Source: Chrysomallon squamiferum
Taxonomy: Eukaryota > Animalia > Mollusca
Reading direction: 5' to 3'
DNA: 64,000 bases
Assembly (NCBI GenBank): GCA_012295275.1
Contig: CM022665.1
Location: 3,038,001-3,102,000, forward strand
The notes below the pieces were generated by a model. The model saw nothing but the letters and a program-made list of their open reading frames with translations. It was not told the origin of the DNA and did no database searches. The position numbers and the translations under genes were made by a program. Positions 42,713-55,386 of this stretch are shown here, one piece after another (position 1 is the first letter of the stretch; each line of letters opens with the position of its first letter).

Positions 42713-42877
42713 CTCTCTCTATCTTTCTCACAGACACACAGTCACACACACACTCACACTCTCTCTCTACCTTTCTCACACACACACACACACACGCCAC
42801 ACACACACACACACACACACATTCTCTCTTTCTCACACACACACACAGTAACACACACACACTCTCTCTCTACCTTT

Positions 42878-42961
<84 letters not shown>
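42620..42961. repeat. Compound (CA)n/(CT)n repeat with five ctttctcaca junction units
   Basis: TTCTCACA at 42650, 42725, 42773, 42830 and 42876. Confidence 0.95.
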
Positions 42962-42962
<1 letters not shown>

Positions 42963-43719
42963 GGATAACTATTTAAAAGAGATTACACCACTGTGACATC
43001 AAACATTTTTAATTCTAATTTGGTCATAAGAGTGAACAAAAAAACAAACCACCCGGCTCAAACGTCACCGCAGACGGCGTGAGAAAATACTGAGTTGGAT
43101 CTTCCTATGACATAGGTGTCTAAAATAGTAACTGAATGGCCGACCTTTAACTCGTCAAGTATGTGGCTACACTGAGCAACTAAGATAGTAAACACTTTAC
43201 GATTTATAGACTGGAAGTGAGCACGCTCATACTGCCGAACATTTTAGTCACATTTGGATACACTGATAAAATAATCTGAACAGTAACACCATATACAGGT
43301 ACGTACGATTTCTGTCTGTCTCTCTGTCTGTCTGTCTTTTTCTGGGGTTTTTTTCTCTCTCTCTCTCTCTCGCATCCAGTTTATTTGTGTGAATGTGCAC
43401 GTATGTTTGTGTTTGAATGTATGAACGTATGTACGTATGTATGTACGTGTGTATGTCTATTTTCGTATGTGCTTTTTGTATGTATGTATGTATATAACTT
43501 GCGTTTACTTGTTATTTGTTTTTATCTTTGAATTTTATTACTATTATTTTGCTATAAGTAAAATTTATGTATTAGATTTTTTCATAAACGATACCCGCAT
43601 AGTAATAAGAAATGAGTAGTTTTGATTAAAATCATGTTTCCCTATTCAGCGACTTGAAGACTATTACCATTAACAACAAACATAAAATATACTTAGAAAT
43701 ATAAGCCGTATATGCGAAT

Positions 43720-43750
<31 letters not shown>

Positions 43751-44286
43751 TTCTTTAAAATCTTTCGATAATAATAATAATAATAATAAATTATCAAGCA
43801 ATTCAAGACATCAGTTGAACTTGATGAATTCAAAATTTCATTTCTAAACATTTATTTCTGTTTAGTAAAATTTATTCAGTACGTTCACATAAATAAAGAG
43901 CGATATGACTGTATGATGAAATTATACACATATTACTAGTGTAATGAGATTCGAGTATGTTGCGTTGAATTCACATTTCGAGTACCTTCGCTGGCGGTCT
44001 AGCCGAGTTAATGGCTACTTAATTAAATAAGTGTAACTGTATTTATCTCCCTTGAATCGAAGCATGTGCCAAGATTCGAACCGGCATCACGTCGCATAAT
44101 TTGGCGGGAACTGAGAGTATTAAAGGATAGCTGAAGTATTTCAGAAACAAAGTAGAGGAATATATAATTTTGGAGGCTGTAACTTTAAAAAAGAAATATA
44201 CATACTTATAAAGAAATATCTATTTAAGCCATTCTTCCCATTTAATTCTTTATTCTCTATACCAGTATATGCTTATCAAATGCTTT

Positions 44287-44288
<2 letters not shown>

Positions 44289-44329
<41 letters not shown>
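44289..44329. repeat. (CA)n microsatellite
   Basis: Direct reading. Confidence 0.95.
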
Positions 44330-44332
<3 letters not shown>

Positions 44333-44769
44333 ATTATTTTTAAGATGGTAACATGAAATATATTCAAATAAGCGTTTTTAATCTTCTACATGATAAACGT
44401 AATTAATTATCTTCATTTTAAATTTTATTTTATTTTTATTTTTCTTCTCGTTTAACATAGTTGTGTATTTAAAGTAGTTACTTTTTAATCGGATCTTTGT
44501 TTTAAGACGTATTTCATTATTATATCGCTTATTTTCTTAACATCAGTTTTGTGATTTATACACTGCCTATTCACAGATCAGTGAATTTATTCCGTGACTG
44601 CTTAAACGCCAGAATACACTATTTCACTTCATTTAACATGGTATAAAAGTCATTATTTGTAATTCTGAATCAACACTTTGTCTTTGATAAACTTTTAAGA
44701 CACAAGGGACTTTTGCTCTGTTAAGTCCTTGTTGTCAGACGACGAATGTTGAACCTGTTTTTCCTATCA

Positions 44770-44892
44770 TGCACTGCACGTGCTGTACGATCATTATTTG
44801 ATCACGCAATCAGCCAATGTGTCAACAACTATATTATTTACTCAGTGCTGCAACTACTAATAGCGGAACCAAACACCGACGAAGTGGTGAGT
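44770..44892 (+). promoter_or_regulatory. Candidate plus-strand promoter and short first exon (about 44844-44886)
   Basis: E-box CACGTG at 44777, CCAAT at 44814, Inr-like TCAGT at 44842 and donor GTG|GTGAGT at 44887, in a CpG-rich context. Confidence 0.3.
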
Positions 44893-45881
44893 ATTTCTAA
44901 TTACAGTCTATTATAGTATTATTATTTAGTTGTTTAGCTATGTTCTCGGTGAATAGAGTTCCTACGTCGTGCAGTTTTTCTGAACAAAATGTCAACTATT
45001 ATGTATTTTGTTTACTATCGTGGTAGTGTTCGTTTGGTCTCGTCTCGTTTTTTACCGGTCTCTGTTAGGGAGGGAACTTTGTGAAGTACACATGCAGATG
45101 TATAATATATATATGTATTTATATATATAAAGATATAGATATAGATATATGTATTGTATTCACTGTTGTGTATATTTAATGGGATATTCGTCACTGATGT
45201 GGAGCAGCATACACTGAAGTGTATACACACGTATGATATGTGCATAAACAACCCGTACTGCCTGTACATGTAGTTTTAGCTCTTCGTCTTATCATACAAG
45301 ACGCGAAAGGAACAGTGCTTATTACCAACATTACACTGACGTTGCATTATCTGAACTTAGAGCTAATATTTAATCTTAATAAAGAAATTGCTTAAGAAAA
45401 TTACTACTCGTTAGTTGCCAAACATATGTTACATGCACGAGTAAACTGACGACTGCGCTGAACGTCCGTCCAGATTCCCGCCGTATTCATGTTGTCAGGC
45501 GCACTAACATGATCGTTTGTTGTTTGCCGTATTACACGCACTATTTGTACGGGTATGCAATAAGACGTTCACAGTGACGTGTTGCCATTGTTTCAAATGC
45601 CAGAAACACTTGTAAGTGTTTGGGAAGGCAAAACGAAAAGAACTGAAGAACATAATGAATACTGCAGGGAATGTAAGGGCAATTTATATTAGCAGTCAAC
45701 CAAAACAGTCCACTGCTCTGTAGGCATTACTTTCTTTATCTCAGCCAAAGGTTAAAAAAAAACAAAAAAAAAAACGTATACTGTCTAAATATAAGGATAA
45801 CACAAACAAAAAAAAAAAAAAAGAAGAAGAAGAAGAGAGAAAAAAGATAATGATAATAATAAAATGATGATAATTATTAAT

Positions 45882-45925
<44 letters not shown>

Positions 45926-47480
45926 CAAAATAAACAAAAATTTTAATAATTCAATTTTTAGATACTGTCTAAACATGTGGATACCCCCTGCCCCCCCCCC
46001 CCCGTCTTTTTATCTTTAGTATAGAACATGCAAACCATAGATTCAAATATTTTACAGACTTGGACGCATTAAATGAGTTTTCCAAAACAGATTCCTTGAG
46101 GTGGTCGCAGTTATTCCAGACAGTGTTTCAGACAAAGAACTATTAAACTGTTTAAAACGCGAAGGACATTAATGCGGGTTGCACTGACACTGACCAAACC
46201 GTGATCTTCCGACAGATCTTGGATCGCGTCACAAGGCACATTTCATGCGACGTCACGCCATGCAGTGACCCGGATTAAAGTGTGCATTAGGGGAGACGAT
46301 ACCTGATACAGGGTCGTGTGAACGTACACAAAGAAGGGAGGCAACTACATCGTGTTTTGGTCGACGCTAGATATTTTATGTTACATGCGTGATCGGATCT
46401 GCTTTGAAGATGAAAAACACATCAGAAAATTAGCACCTTTGATCAAGTTACTTAAATACAGAGAATTAATTTGAAACACATTATCTGATAGTCTGCGAAA
46501 AACGAATTTCCTTAAACAGACAATAAATCATTTGGTATGATTCATCGTGGATAGAACCTTTATTTTTGTTTTAGAGATTAGCTTCTCGGTTTTCAGTAAT
46601 CACACAGAAAAATAAAATTTAAAAATTTAAAAAAATGACGAAAATAAAGTAAAACATGATTCAAAAATCTCCAAAACACTTCACAGCATAGTTTAGAACA
46701 GGATTAATAATAAAATTCTTGATTTTTTTTTTCTCTCTAAGAAGTAAGTTAGGATTTGTTGATAATAATGCTGGCATTAGAAGTAGTAGGGTTGCTTTAT
46801 TTTGAGTTTAAATCTCGAGTTAATACATAAATGTATTTGTTTAGCTAGCTGTTCAAGAGATATAACTGCTTATGTTCAGCGACATCAACTTGAAATTTAA
46901 ATTTACAGGGTCTCTTTAAATAATTGAAATTTAAACTTAAAAAGGGATACTAGTGATTATATATTTATTTTTGTTCAAAAGAATAATCGCGTGGGAAGAT
47001 TTTAATCTTTCTACAAGAAGTACAATTTTTCAGGCGCACTGCTAGATCGTATTCATAGGTAGATGTTACTGTTGCATACGTCAACTTTTCAGTTGTCATT
47101 TTTGTGGCAACATTTTTGTTACTGCTTGTCTGGAGTGACAACAAAATACCTATTCATGCCAAGGAGAGCTGTTTTCTCAAACCGTTATGAAGGTTTCCAG
47201 ACAATTTAGCTCGAATGTGCTCATCCCATCGCGAAACGAGTTGACAATGGTTATAATATAGGGCGCTTTTCAAAACTGATTGTCATCTATGTTTCGACAA
47301 GCACGAATGAATTTAGAACTGTCGACTGTGTGAATATAGCTGCCTGCTGCAAGTTTATATAAATGTAATTTCTTATAATCTTTTTATTTATTTATTTATT
47401 TATTTTTAATTTTTTTTTTTATTAAATAAATAAATAAAATTAAAATACTTATTTAAAAATGTTTGTTTTTTTCTCTTCTT

Positions 47481-47521
<41 letters not shown>

Positions 47522-49406
47522 GCTTTAATGTGCCATCATATTACATCGAAAAAGAATTACCGAGAGTTTTTCAGAGCTAGATAAAATAAACAATTAATAT
47601 AGTTAATAGTTTTATCTTAAATTTTCCGATGCAACTTAAAAAAAACATTACTTTTGGTTAAGGTATCAGTAGTTTAATATTAGTTTATCTAAGATTTATA
47701 TCTGAGCCCGACACACACACTAGCTGACTTTGGGGTTCGATGGCTTGTAATATTTAGGAGGCGCCTAACACTTAAACAACATAATTCTTGGGTTTGGTTC
47801 GTCATATATGCTTAGGGATGAGACCACCGCGTTGGCAAAAATAGCCAACAGACGTCATGTGGACATAATTCAAGTTAAAAAAAAATACAATACAAAATCT
47901 AAATTTTGTTTCAGTATAAGCTAGGAAAAGACTTAGAGGAATGAATAAATTTCTAGTTTACACATTTGTATATATATACAGACATTTACATGTACATACA
48001 TTCACACACATACAAATATATATTTATATTCAAACACGTCCATGCAAACACTTGTGTTCACATTCACCCATCCACCCCACACGTACACACACACGTATAT
48101 ATGACATATACATGTATTAAAATCGAACAGTGTACATGTATTTTATATGATATATCTTTTGTCACTGCATCAGATCCATTGTTTCTATCTTCTAACGTGA
48201 TACCATTAGCTAAAAAATCATCAAAAAACAACAAAACAAAAAGATGTATCTTCATACTGATCATTCATGATGGTCCTCGCGGGAGACCAACCCCAGGCTA
48301 CTTTCCAAAGGCGCTGTTGGTCGGGTTTAAGGCTTCAGATTGCATGGTCGCATGTTTGTGTTGATCCTCGGGGTAAGCTCATAACCTTGTAATATACCCA
48401 CGTAAGAGAATGACTCCCATTGAGAATTCAGATGGATAATCGCGAGATGATCAGATGAGATTCATATAAAATTGTCTTTTAAAAATTCCGTTACACTGAC
48501 AATATGAATGGAGATTACATCAGCTCCAGTGGAAAGACGTGCTCCTCTCCCAAGCAGCTCCACGGTACTGCAACACTGCACAACGTCGCTGTCGTGGGAT
48601 ATACCACCCAGTCCCGGCGTACTGCGCTTACTGTGCTTTAGCTAACAATGTCGGTGTTAACACCGCCAGCTAAATGAATCAGAACATGCTATCAGAGATC
48701 TTTAATAAGCTATATTTAACGGTATGTAATAAAGGTTACCTGGTTCGATGTGGCAAACACACTGGATACAGGAATATATAATTGAGGTTTCTTACCTTGG
48801 TAAGCTGACTAAAATTTCTCAAGTAATGTTGTATTACCTAAGTCAGGGTTACTGTATAAAAATGTTTCACAAGATTATTTAACCTTTTTTTCTTCTTCTT
48901 ATTTTTTTTAATTAATCGATTTTTCTTATTCGGAATAAATACAAGTATTTTGCCTTATTTTTTGACGATATTCAGTTTAGCATTTTTAAATTTGTTTATC
49001 CATTACATTAAATTAATCAACAATGCTGAAAAATATTTACTCTTTTTCATAGAAAAATATTTGCTATCTGTATTTACCTATTTCCATTTTCGTTATATAT
49101 TAATTAACTATAATAATAGGAATTCAGAAAAAAAGCAGAAGTTATACAGAATAAAATAAACTATTGATACAACGGTTCTTCGAATAAAGAATTTAAAGCA
49201 CATTTGATTAATTTCAAGGATCTTGTGTAATATCTAAGATACTACAGGAAGGAAAATAACTACGCGAACTCGATCAGCTATCGTTCTCTTGTTTGTCTGG
49301 TTTCAACGCCGACCAATCTTACTCGATATTTGGTGAAGAGCGCCCTCTTCTGGCCTCTGTGTGCATCGGTCGCAAACTCCATACCGTTTTTTTTCTCTCT
49401 CCCCTT

Positions 49407-49437
<31 letters not shown>

Positions 49438-49988
49438 GAAAGCCTGACAATTGTTGATTACTTTCAGCGTGGGAAAATGTGCGTCTTTTTTAATCAGCAA
49501 CTGTCTGTTCGTTACGGCACTGTGCAGTCTCGTCTGCTGACTTTAATTCCCATGGCGCGTTAATAAGCATTCATGATGGATTTCTGTAACGCTGAACACA
49601 TTTTGTTTTGCCTGGTAGTAAAAGAATAATCGTGATGAACGCACTCTAGACTTACGTTGCTTCACATGGATTTAATATTCCGAAGATTAAAAACGTAAAG
49701 GAATAAGATTTCTCAGAACCGTTCTACTAAGTCCGAGTTTTACCACATCGTTCTTTTGTGGATGAAAAATTCCTCCCTTTATGCGGCTGTCATTAAATTT
49801 TCATATCGGAATTTTATCTTTTGTGCATCTTTGTAAACATTATTTTTTAAGTGTGAATGGAGATAATAATTCATACATGATTGTTAACTGGCACTAATAA
49901 TTTAAGTGCACAGATAGTGGAACAGAAAAATAAAAATATCGTGAATTACAATTGACTTGAAATTGATTTAAAAATTGATTTATTTCAG

Positions 49989-50053
49989 TGGATTTATAAG
50001 CGAAGAGGAATATTTTAAAGAGCAGAGAGAAAAATAACATCAAAGAGATAAAG
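49989..50053 (+). other. Candidate 65-nt plus-strand exon
   Basis: ttgatttatttcag| acceptor and perfect AAG|GTAAGT donor around a purine-rich body. All three frames contain a stop. Confidence 0.4.
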
Positions 50054-53000
50054 GTAAGTGAATATTTTTTTTAGTAGTAAATATAGAACAAAATAGAATT
50101 GTTGTACAAATCATACATTGAGCATATTGCTGTTAGTTTTTTCTTTTTACATTTTATATAATTATATTAATATCCAGGTATTCATATATTTATAAAATCG
50201 CCACATTATATTATAATAGCTGAAACAAAATTTCTTATTAAAAATTAATTTATTTAGCAATAGTGACTCAGCTGTGTGTTCGACGTTTTTCATATTCTTC
50301 AAGTAATTTGAAAGCTGAAATAAGTTTACGACACAGCCAGTCAGATTTATATACAACATGTATAGATCCTTTTACACACACATTATTGAGTCATGTCTGC
50401 TGTAAAGGAATTGATTTGACTGGTTAAGAAATACAAGTACGAATATACAACTAAAATACATATTTAGATACACATCTTGAGCCACAGTTTATTGACTTGA
50501 CTCTGTCACTTTGATGCTTGCATGTTGCTGTATTACAAATGTACTTCTGAAAGGAATGGTTATTATTTGTTTTTCTTTCTAATTCACGCTGATTTATTTA
50601 TTTAATAAAGAAAGAAGAGAAATAGACTTTTAATATACTCTGTTTTACTTCTCTGTATTGGTTCTTTCTTTTTAATTATCATTTTCATCATCTGCTTGCT
50701 ACCATGTTTTTATTTACTAATACACAGCCGACGTTGATTTAAAAAAAATAAAAAAATAAAAATAAAATCAGTACAGAATGGTTAAACGTATCGAGTCTTG
50801 GACTTCAGAACAGAAACATCGACAAAAAGAACCACAGTGAATGAACGAGAAAAACCAGCCCTGATAGGATTTATTAACTTGTTATCGTACGGTTTTGAAA
50901 GAAATGGCTGCACACACAAATAGTATTAATATCTTTCTAGACGGGTTTTATTACATTACTGAACAGAACGTTAAATAGAAACTCGGACTCCTGGGGAAAA
51001 GTATGTGTGCCTATCTTAGACCTAATCAGTAATTGTTTTTAATTATTATGTGTCTGACCATCAGCGACGTATTGGCTAAGAAGAGAAGAGGGTCGCTTGG
51101 TCTGTTTCAATAACGTTCAATTCTAGTTTTTCTCTGATGTATATACTGGGTCGATTCATAAACACTGGCTTCGTGAAGTAGTAATGTTAAAGGCAAATCA
51201 CTATCGACTGTATTCGAATGTGATCGAAATGTTCGTGTTTGTAGCTATGGGGAAAATACATCACACACATTAGAAGACTTGTCTTTCGATAAGTGAACCA
51301 GCATTATCCTAGTAACGAAACAGGTTAATTGTCAAACATTTTTACTCTTTATTAATGATGATTTCCTTCTGTTTTGTACTGATGTGAATCCGTTCCATTT
51401 CGGTTAACACTGAAATAAATATAACAGAGGTATATATAACTTCACCTGTTTTTTTTTAGAAAGCAGCCTTTTGTTGTTAAGTCGTGGGAACGTCGAAGTA
51501 GGTTTTGTTGAGACCGTGGGGAAGTCAGATCTGTGTTGAATGAATTAACTGAGTTAATGCTGGCTCATCATCATCATCGGTATCTAACACTGACATGTCC
51601 GAGATTCACAACTTACAAAACGTTTCAGAATAATAATAATAATAAAAAAGAAAAGTAGAGAAGAAAAGAAAAAAAAAAAAGAAAAAACTTGTGGTTCAAA
51701 CTGTAGTAAATAATGCTTTAAAAAAGACCTGGGGTTTTATTATCATTCATTTCTTTTTTGCTGTTTACTAACATACATTACAAATATAAAATATACACGA
51801 TTATTAATTATAAACGACAGGTAAAAATGATACGATCGGGGAAATCCGTCGTTCCTTTTTAGAAACAAAAGAAAATAAGTTGTGCTTAAAATCGTGATTA
51901 GCACACAAAGGAAGTACAAGTTTAAAATTGAATACTTTCATTTATTATGTAAATAAATAAAAATATAAAAGACATGCCTGGATTGTATAAAAACAATCCT
52001 TATTTGTATTAATTTTTTTATATATATATAAAGCAGTACCTGGATAAATATTAATATTTGGAGGCAAGGAAATTTTGAAGTGCGCGGCTGTGAATTTACA
52101 AGGCTTGAAATTAAACAAGCACATCAACAAAATAATGCCGAAATGCCCCCAGAATAGCTGAACACAACAACTAACACAAGTTTGGTGTCGAATGTTGCTG
52201 ATAACCATCAGTGAAACTGCAACTGTTAATTAAGCTTAGACCTAAGCATGTTGGCCAATTTCAACAGCTGTTCGCGTACAGTAGTGACAGATTTCTTTAA
52301 TTTAACATATCCTCTGTCGTTTACATTTTAGATCTGAAATCTATAGCTGTAACAGCTGAGATAGTGTTTTCTGTCTTCACCTCAGTTCTAAGACTCCGCC
52401 GTCCTCCAAGCTAACTCTTGATTATCACGTATGTAAATGTTATGGCGTCTTCACCATAGTAATGACCCAGATAGATTTTAAGAAGATAAAAGTACATAGC
52501 GTAGCATCTTCAGAAGAAATATGATTTAAAAAAAAAAAAAAAAACTCTTGAAAGATATAATCGCATTCTTTCTGCAGTTTTTAAAAAACGGAGTTAGTGC
52601 GTAGTTGAAGGTATAACTCTTCTCAGTGTATAGTAATTAAAATTTAAAGAGGATAAAGAAATGGTTGGAATGACATCTCTCGTTTGAAAGGAATGTCGAA
52701 TACTGAAGAAGGTTAGTCGTATATAGTAACAAACGTCTGAAATAAAACACTGAACAATTGCCGTATGACGTAACAGAGGTCGTTTGATCAATAGGCGTTC
52801 TTGTTTGTTGTTGTTTTTTCTGTCCACAATCCATTTTCCATTGTTCATTCTGTTCACAGCATGTGCTGAATTTTTACATCATCTTTTTCACCGTGTGTTT
52901 GTTTTCTCTGTGTGGCATTAAACACTTAATGTATTAACTTTTTTTTTTTTTTTTTTTTTACTACATTTGAAATTATCTCCATAACATTCAAAAATACTAG

Positions 53001-53754
53001 TAGATAGTATAACCGAGTTCAAAAGTAATAAAATTACATAATAAAAAAAAAAAACCCATCTGTATATGTAGTTTTATGTCGCAGAAAAGTGTTAAATTAT
53101 AACGAGTGTATATAGTGAAAGTATGTAAATGAAATTTGCATCTGTAACATCACTCATTGTGTTCCTGCTACTACTTCTATACTCACAACCACAACCACAA
53201 CCACAACCACAACTATTAATGCTGCTACTGCTAGTGACACATGACCGCTCAAATACCGAATTTTATTTTTTTTGTTATTCTTTTTTTCTTTAATGTTAAC
53301 ATTTAATTCACTCGTCAAATAAATTTCCTCTTCTGTCAAAATTGATCAGTTTTCAGTATATGCAGAGTGACAGTTTAATTAAAACATAAATGTTAGTTTT
53401 CTATTTTAATCGCATTTCAAACATACCGGTTGTTTCAGCAAACAACAGTGGCTGTGCAGTGTGCTTTACCAGTGAAACTCGCTTGCGGTGAATCTTACGT
53501 CATACTGAAATAATTCTCATGTAAATCATCTTATCGCGCGATGCCGCATTTTTATTTATCGCATTAGGTAGAATAGATTAATATTCTGTCTTCATAGGAA
53601 ACTCGCTTTTATTCTTTTTAGCATAAATAATACTGTAGGTTGATGTAATTTTCATAGTTACTGAAACACTTACACGACTGTTGAAAAGTAAATAATTGCG
53701 ACACATTGAAAGAGCGCACGCGTACTGCGATTATGCAATGATAATTTGTTTAAA

Positions 53755-53790
53755 ACGAGCACTCTACCCACTGAACCACCGTCTGTTTCC
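53755..53790 (-). mobile_element. tRNA-like SINE head fragment
   Basis: Minus strand reads ggaaacagacggtggttcagtgggtagagtgctcg (A-box-like). No B-box or body is recognisable. Confidence 0.4.
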
Positions 53791-55017
53791 GACTATGACA
53801 GCTGCTGTAATCTAAAATAGCCGTCACTGTCAGAAGTTAATTAATTTTCCTTGCAGCGATATAATATTATTGAAATAATAGTGTATAATTAGTTACGCCT
53901 CACGCAAAAATATTGATCATATATTATGATTTATATACCTAAATTTTTTTTTAATTATTATTTTTTTTTTAATTATTATTCGACAGAACATATTTAACTG
54001 ACTTGTAGTTATTTGGTCTAAAAACGGTAATCTTTCTTTTATGTCCTGGATGTATTTTAACTGCAGAAAATTTGTTTTCTTTAATTACAAGATGAAACTG
54101 TTCCAAAAAAACCGAAAAAAAAACCCACAAAAAAAACCGAAAAAAAAACCCACCAAGCCCTTTTGCATATCTCTTTTATTTTTTCTTCTTCTTTATTTAT
54201 TTATTTCTTTATTTATTTCTTTATTTATTTTTTATAACTTCTACCAGTGTGTTACACCTGCAGCTGTCTAAAGACATTAAAGAAACAATAGTGCATGTGT
54301 AATTAACTTTTCCATCCCAGATCTGTTAATCTTGTGGTTGTAGTTAATTTTGAAGAGCCTCTTGTTCGGAGAACAGAACGCTGCTGTGTGCAGACTTCCA
54401 CCCTGTTTTGTAACACGGTCCTGGCGTCATGGTGTTATCTGCAAATCTCGTTATTTGAAGATAGTATACATAACAGCAGTGTCCTTCAGTTCGTCTTTTC
54501 ATGACTGTAATGTTTAGCATTTTAACTCGGAATATTAGTTTTTGAAAAAAAGACATTTAGGATTGTTTTCAGTCGACTAATTATTCTCTTCCCGACGCGT
54601 ACAATTTTTTAAGCTTGAATTGTTGTGGTGGCCTTTTTCAACCAGTAACGAGGTTCGGGTAACCACGGTTATCTTCTTCAGTGGGGTTTTTGTTCTGTGA
54701 CAGATAACAAATTTTTTCAATTTAATATTTTTTTTTAATATTTTTTTTTTTTTTTTTTTTTTTTAACTACATCTCAGGTTTTGTTTAAAATTGCAAAGAT
54801 ACTGGTATGAATAAATCTTTAGCTTTTGTGTTTCATCCAAACTTTGGGACCCTGAACCTTAACAGATCCGGCCATGCTCTGCTACGCGTTTATGGAATAT
54901 CACAACAAAACAAATCATTCAAAATAACGACATTCATCATTTTCAGTGTATTTGAATCATGCTGCATTGCATCTCAATTACTTTTGTTGGTTTAAATGTA
55001 CATTATTTACTTATTTA

Positions 55018-55019
55018 CT

Positions 55020-55060
<41 letters not shown>

Positions 55061-55073
55061 TTATTATTATTAA
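55018..55073. repeat. (CTA)n(TTA)n microsatellite
   Basis: Direct reading. Confidence 0.95.
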
Positions 55074-55207
55074 TTAGTTGGCTGTTTTTTTAAAACCCAT
55101 ATTTTTGAAAATCAGCTGCTGCTAACCCTGTTCAGATAGAGGGCATCCCGTATCGCTTCCTGTGTTTTTCAACAGTGTCATCTCGTTGAACTCGTCTCAA
55201 GACCACC

Positions 55208-55324
55208 ATGTCAGAAGAAGCAACTTGTTTAACATCTCCGACCTCTGGACCATGCCCAGGTGTTCCTCAAAACAAAGATAGCCATGTAGTCCGGCTAATA
55301 GAACGGGCACGTGCCCCCACTTGA
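55208..55324 (+). CDS. Candidate 38-aa small ORF / uORF (MSEEATCLTSPTSGPCPGVPQNKDSHVVRLIERARAPT)
   Basis: Kozak-like gaccaccATG 32 nt after an acceptor-like site cttcctgtgtttttcaacag| (exon start 55176), in a GC-rich island. No homology recognised. Confidence 0.2.
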   Translation: MSEEATCLTSPTSGPCPGVPQNKDSHVVRLIERARAPT

Positions 55325-55386
55325 GCACGCGACCCACCTCTACAGCGCGACCCCCCGGAGCGCATGAAACTCATGTAGCGCTCGTG
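55305..55386. promoter_or_regulatory. Cluster of Hes/Hey-type (class B/C, N-box) bHLH sites
   Basis: Palindrome GGGCACGTGCCC 55305-55316, CACGCG 55326-55331 and CTCGTG (CACGAG on minus) 55381-55386. Confidence 0.4.

Noticed and set aside
44060-44120. tRNA gene suggested by B-box GGTTCGAATC on the minus strand
   Set aside because: No A-box at the proper spacing and no cloverleaf; at most a decayed SINE remnant.
44120-44190. TTAA-bounded MITE-like termini (also about 46900-46950)
   Set aside because: Inverted-repeat similarity is short and imperfect, with no second copy in the window.
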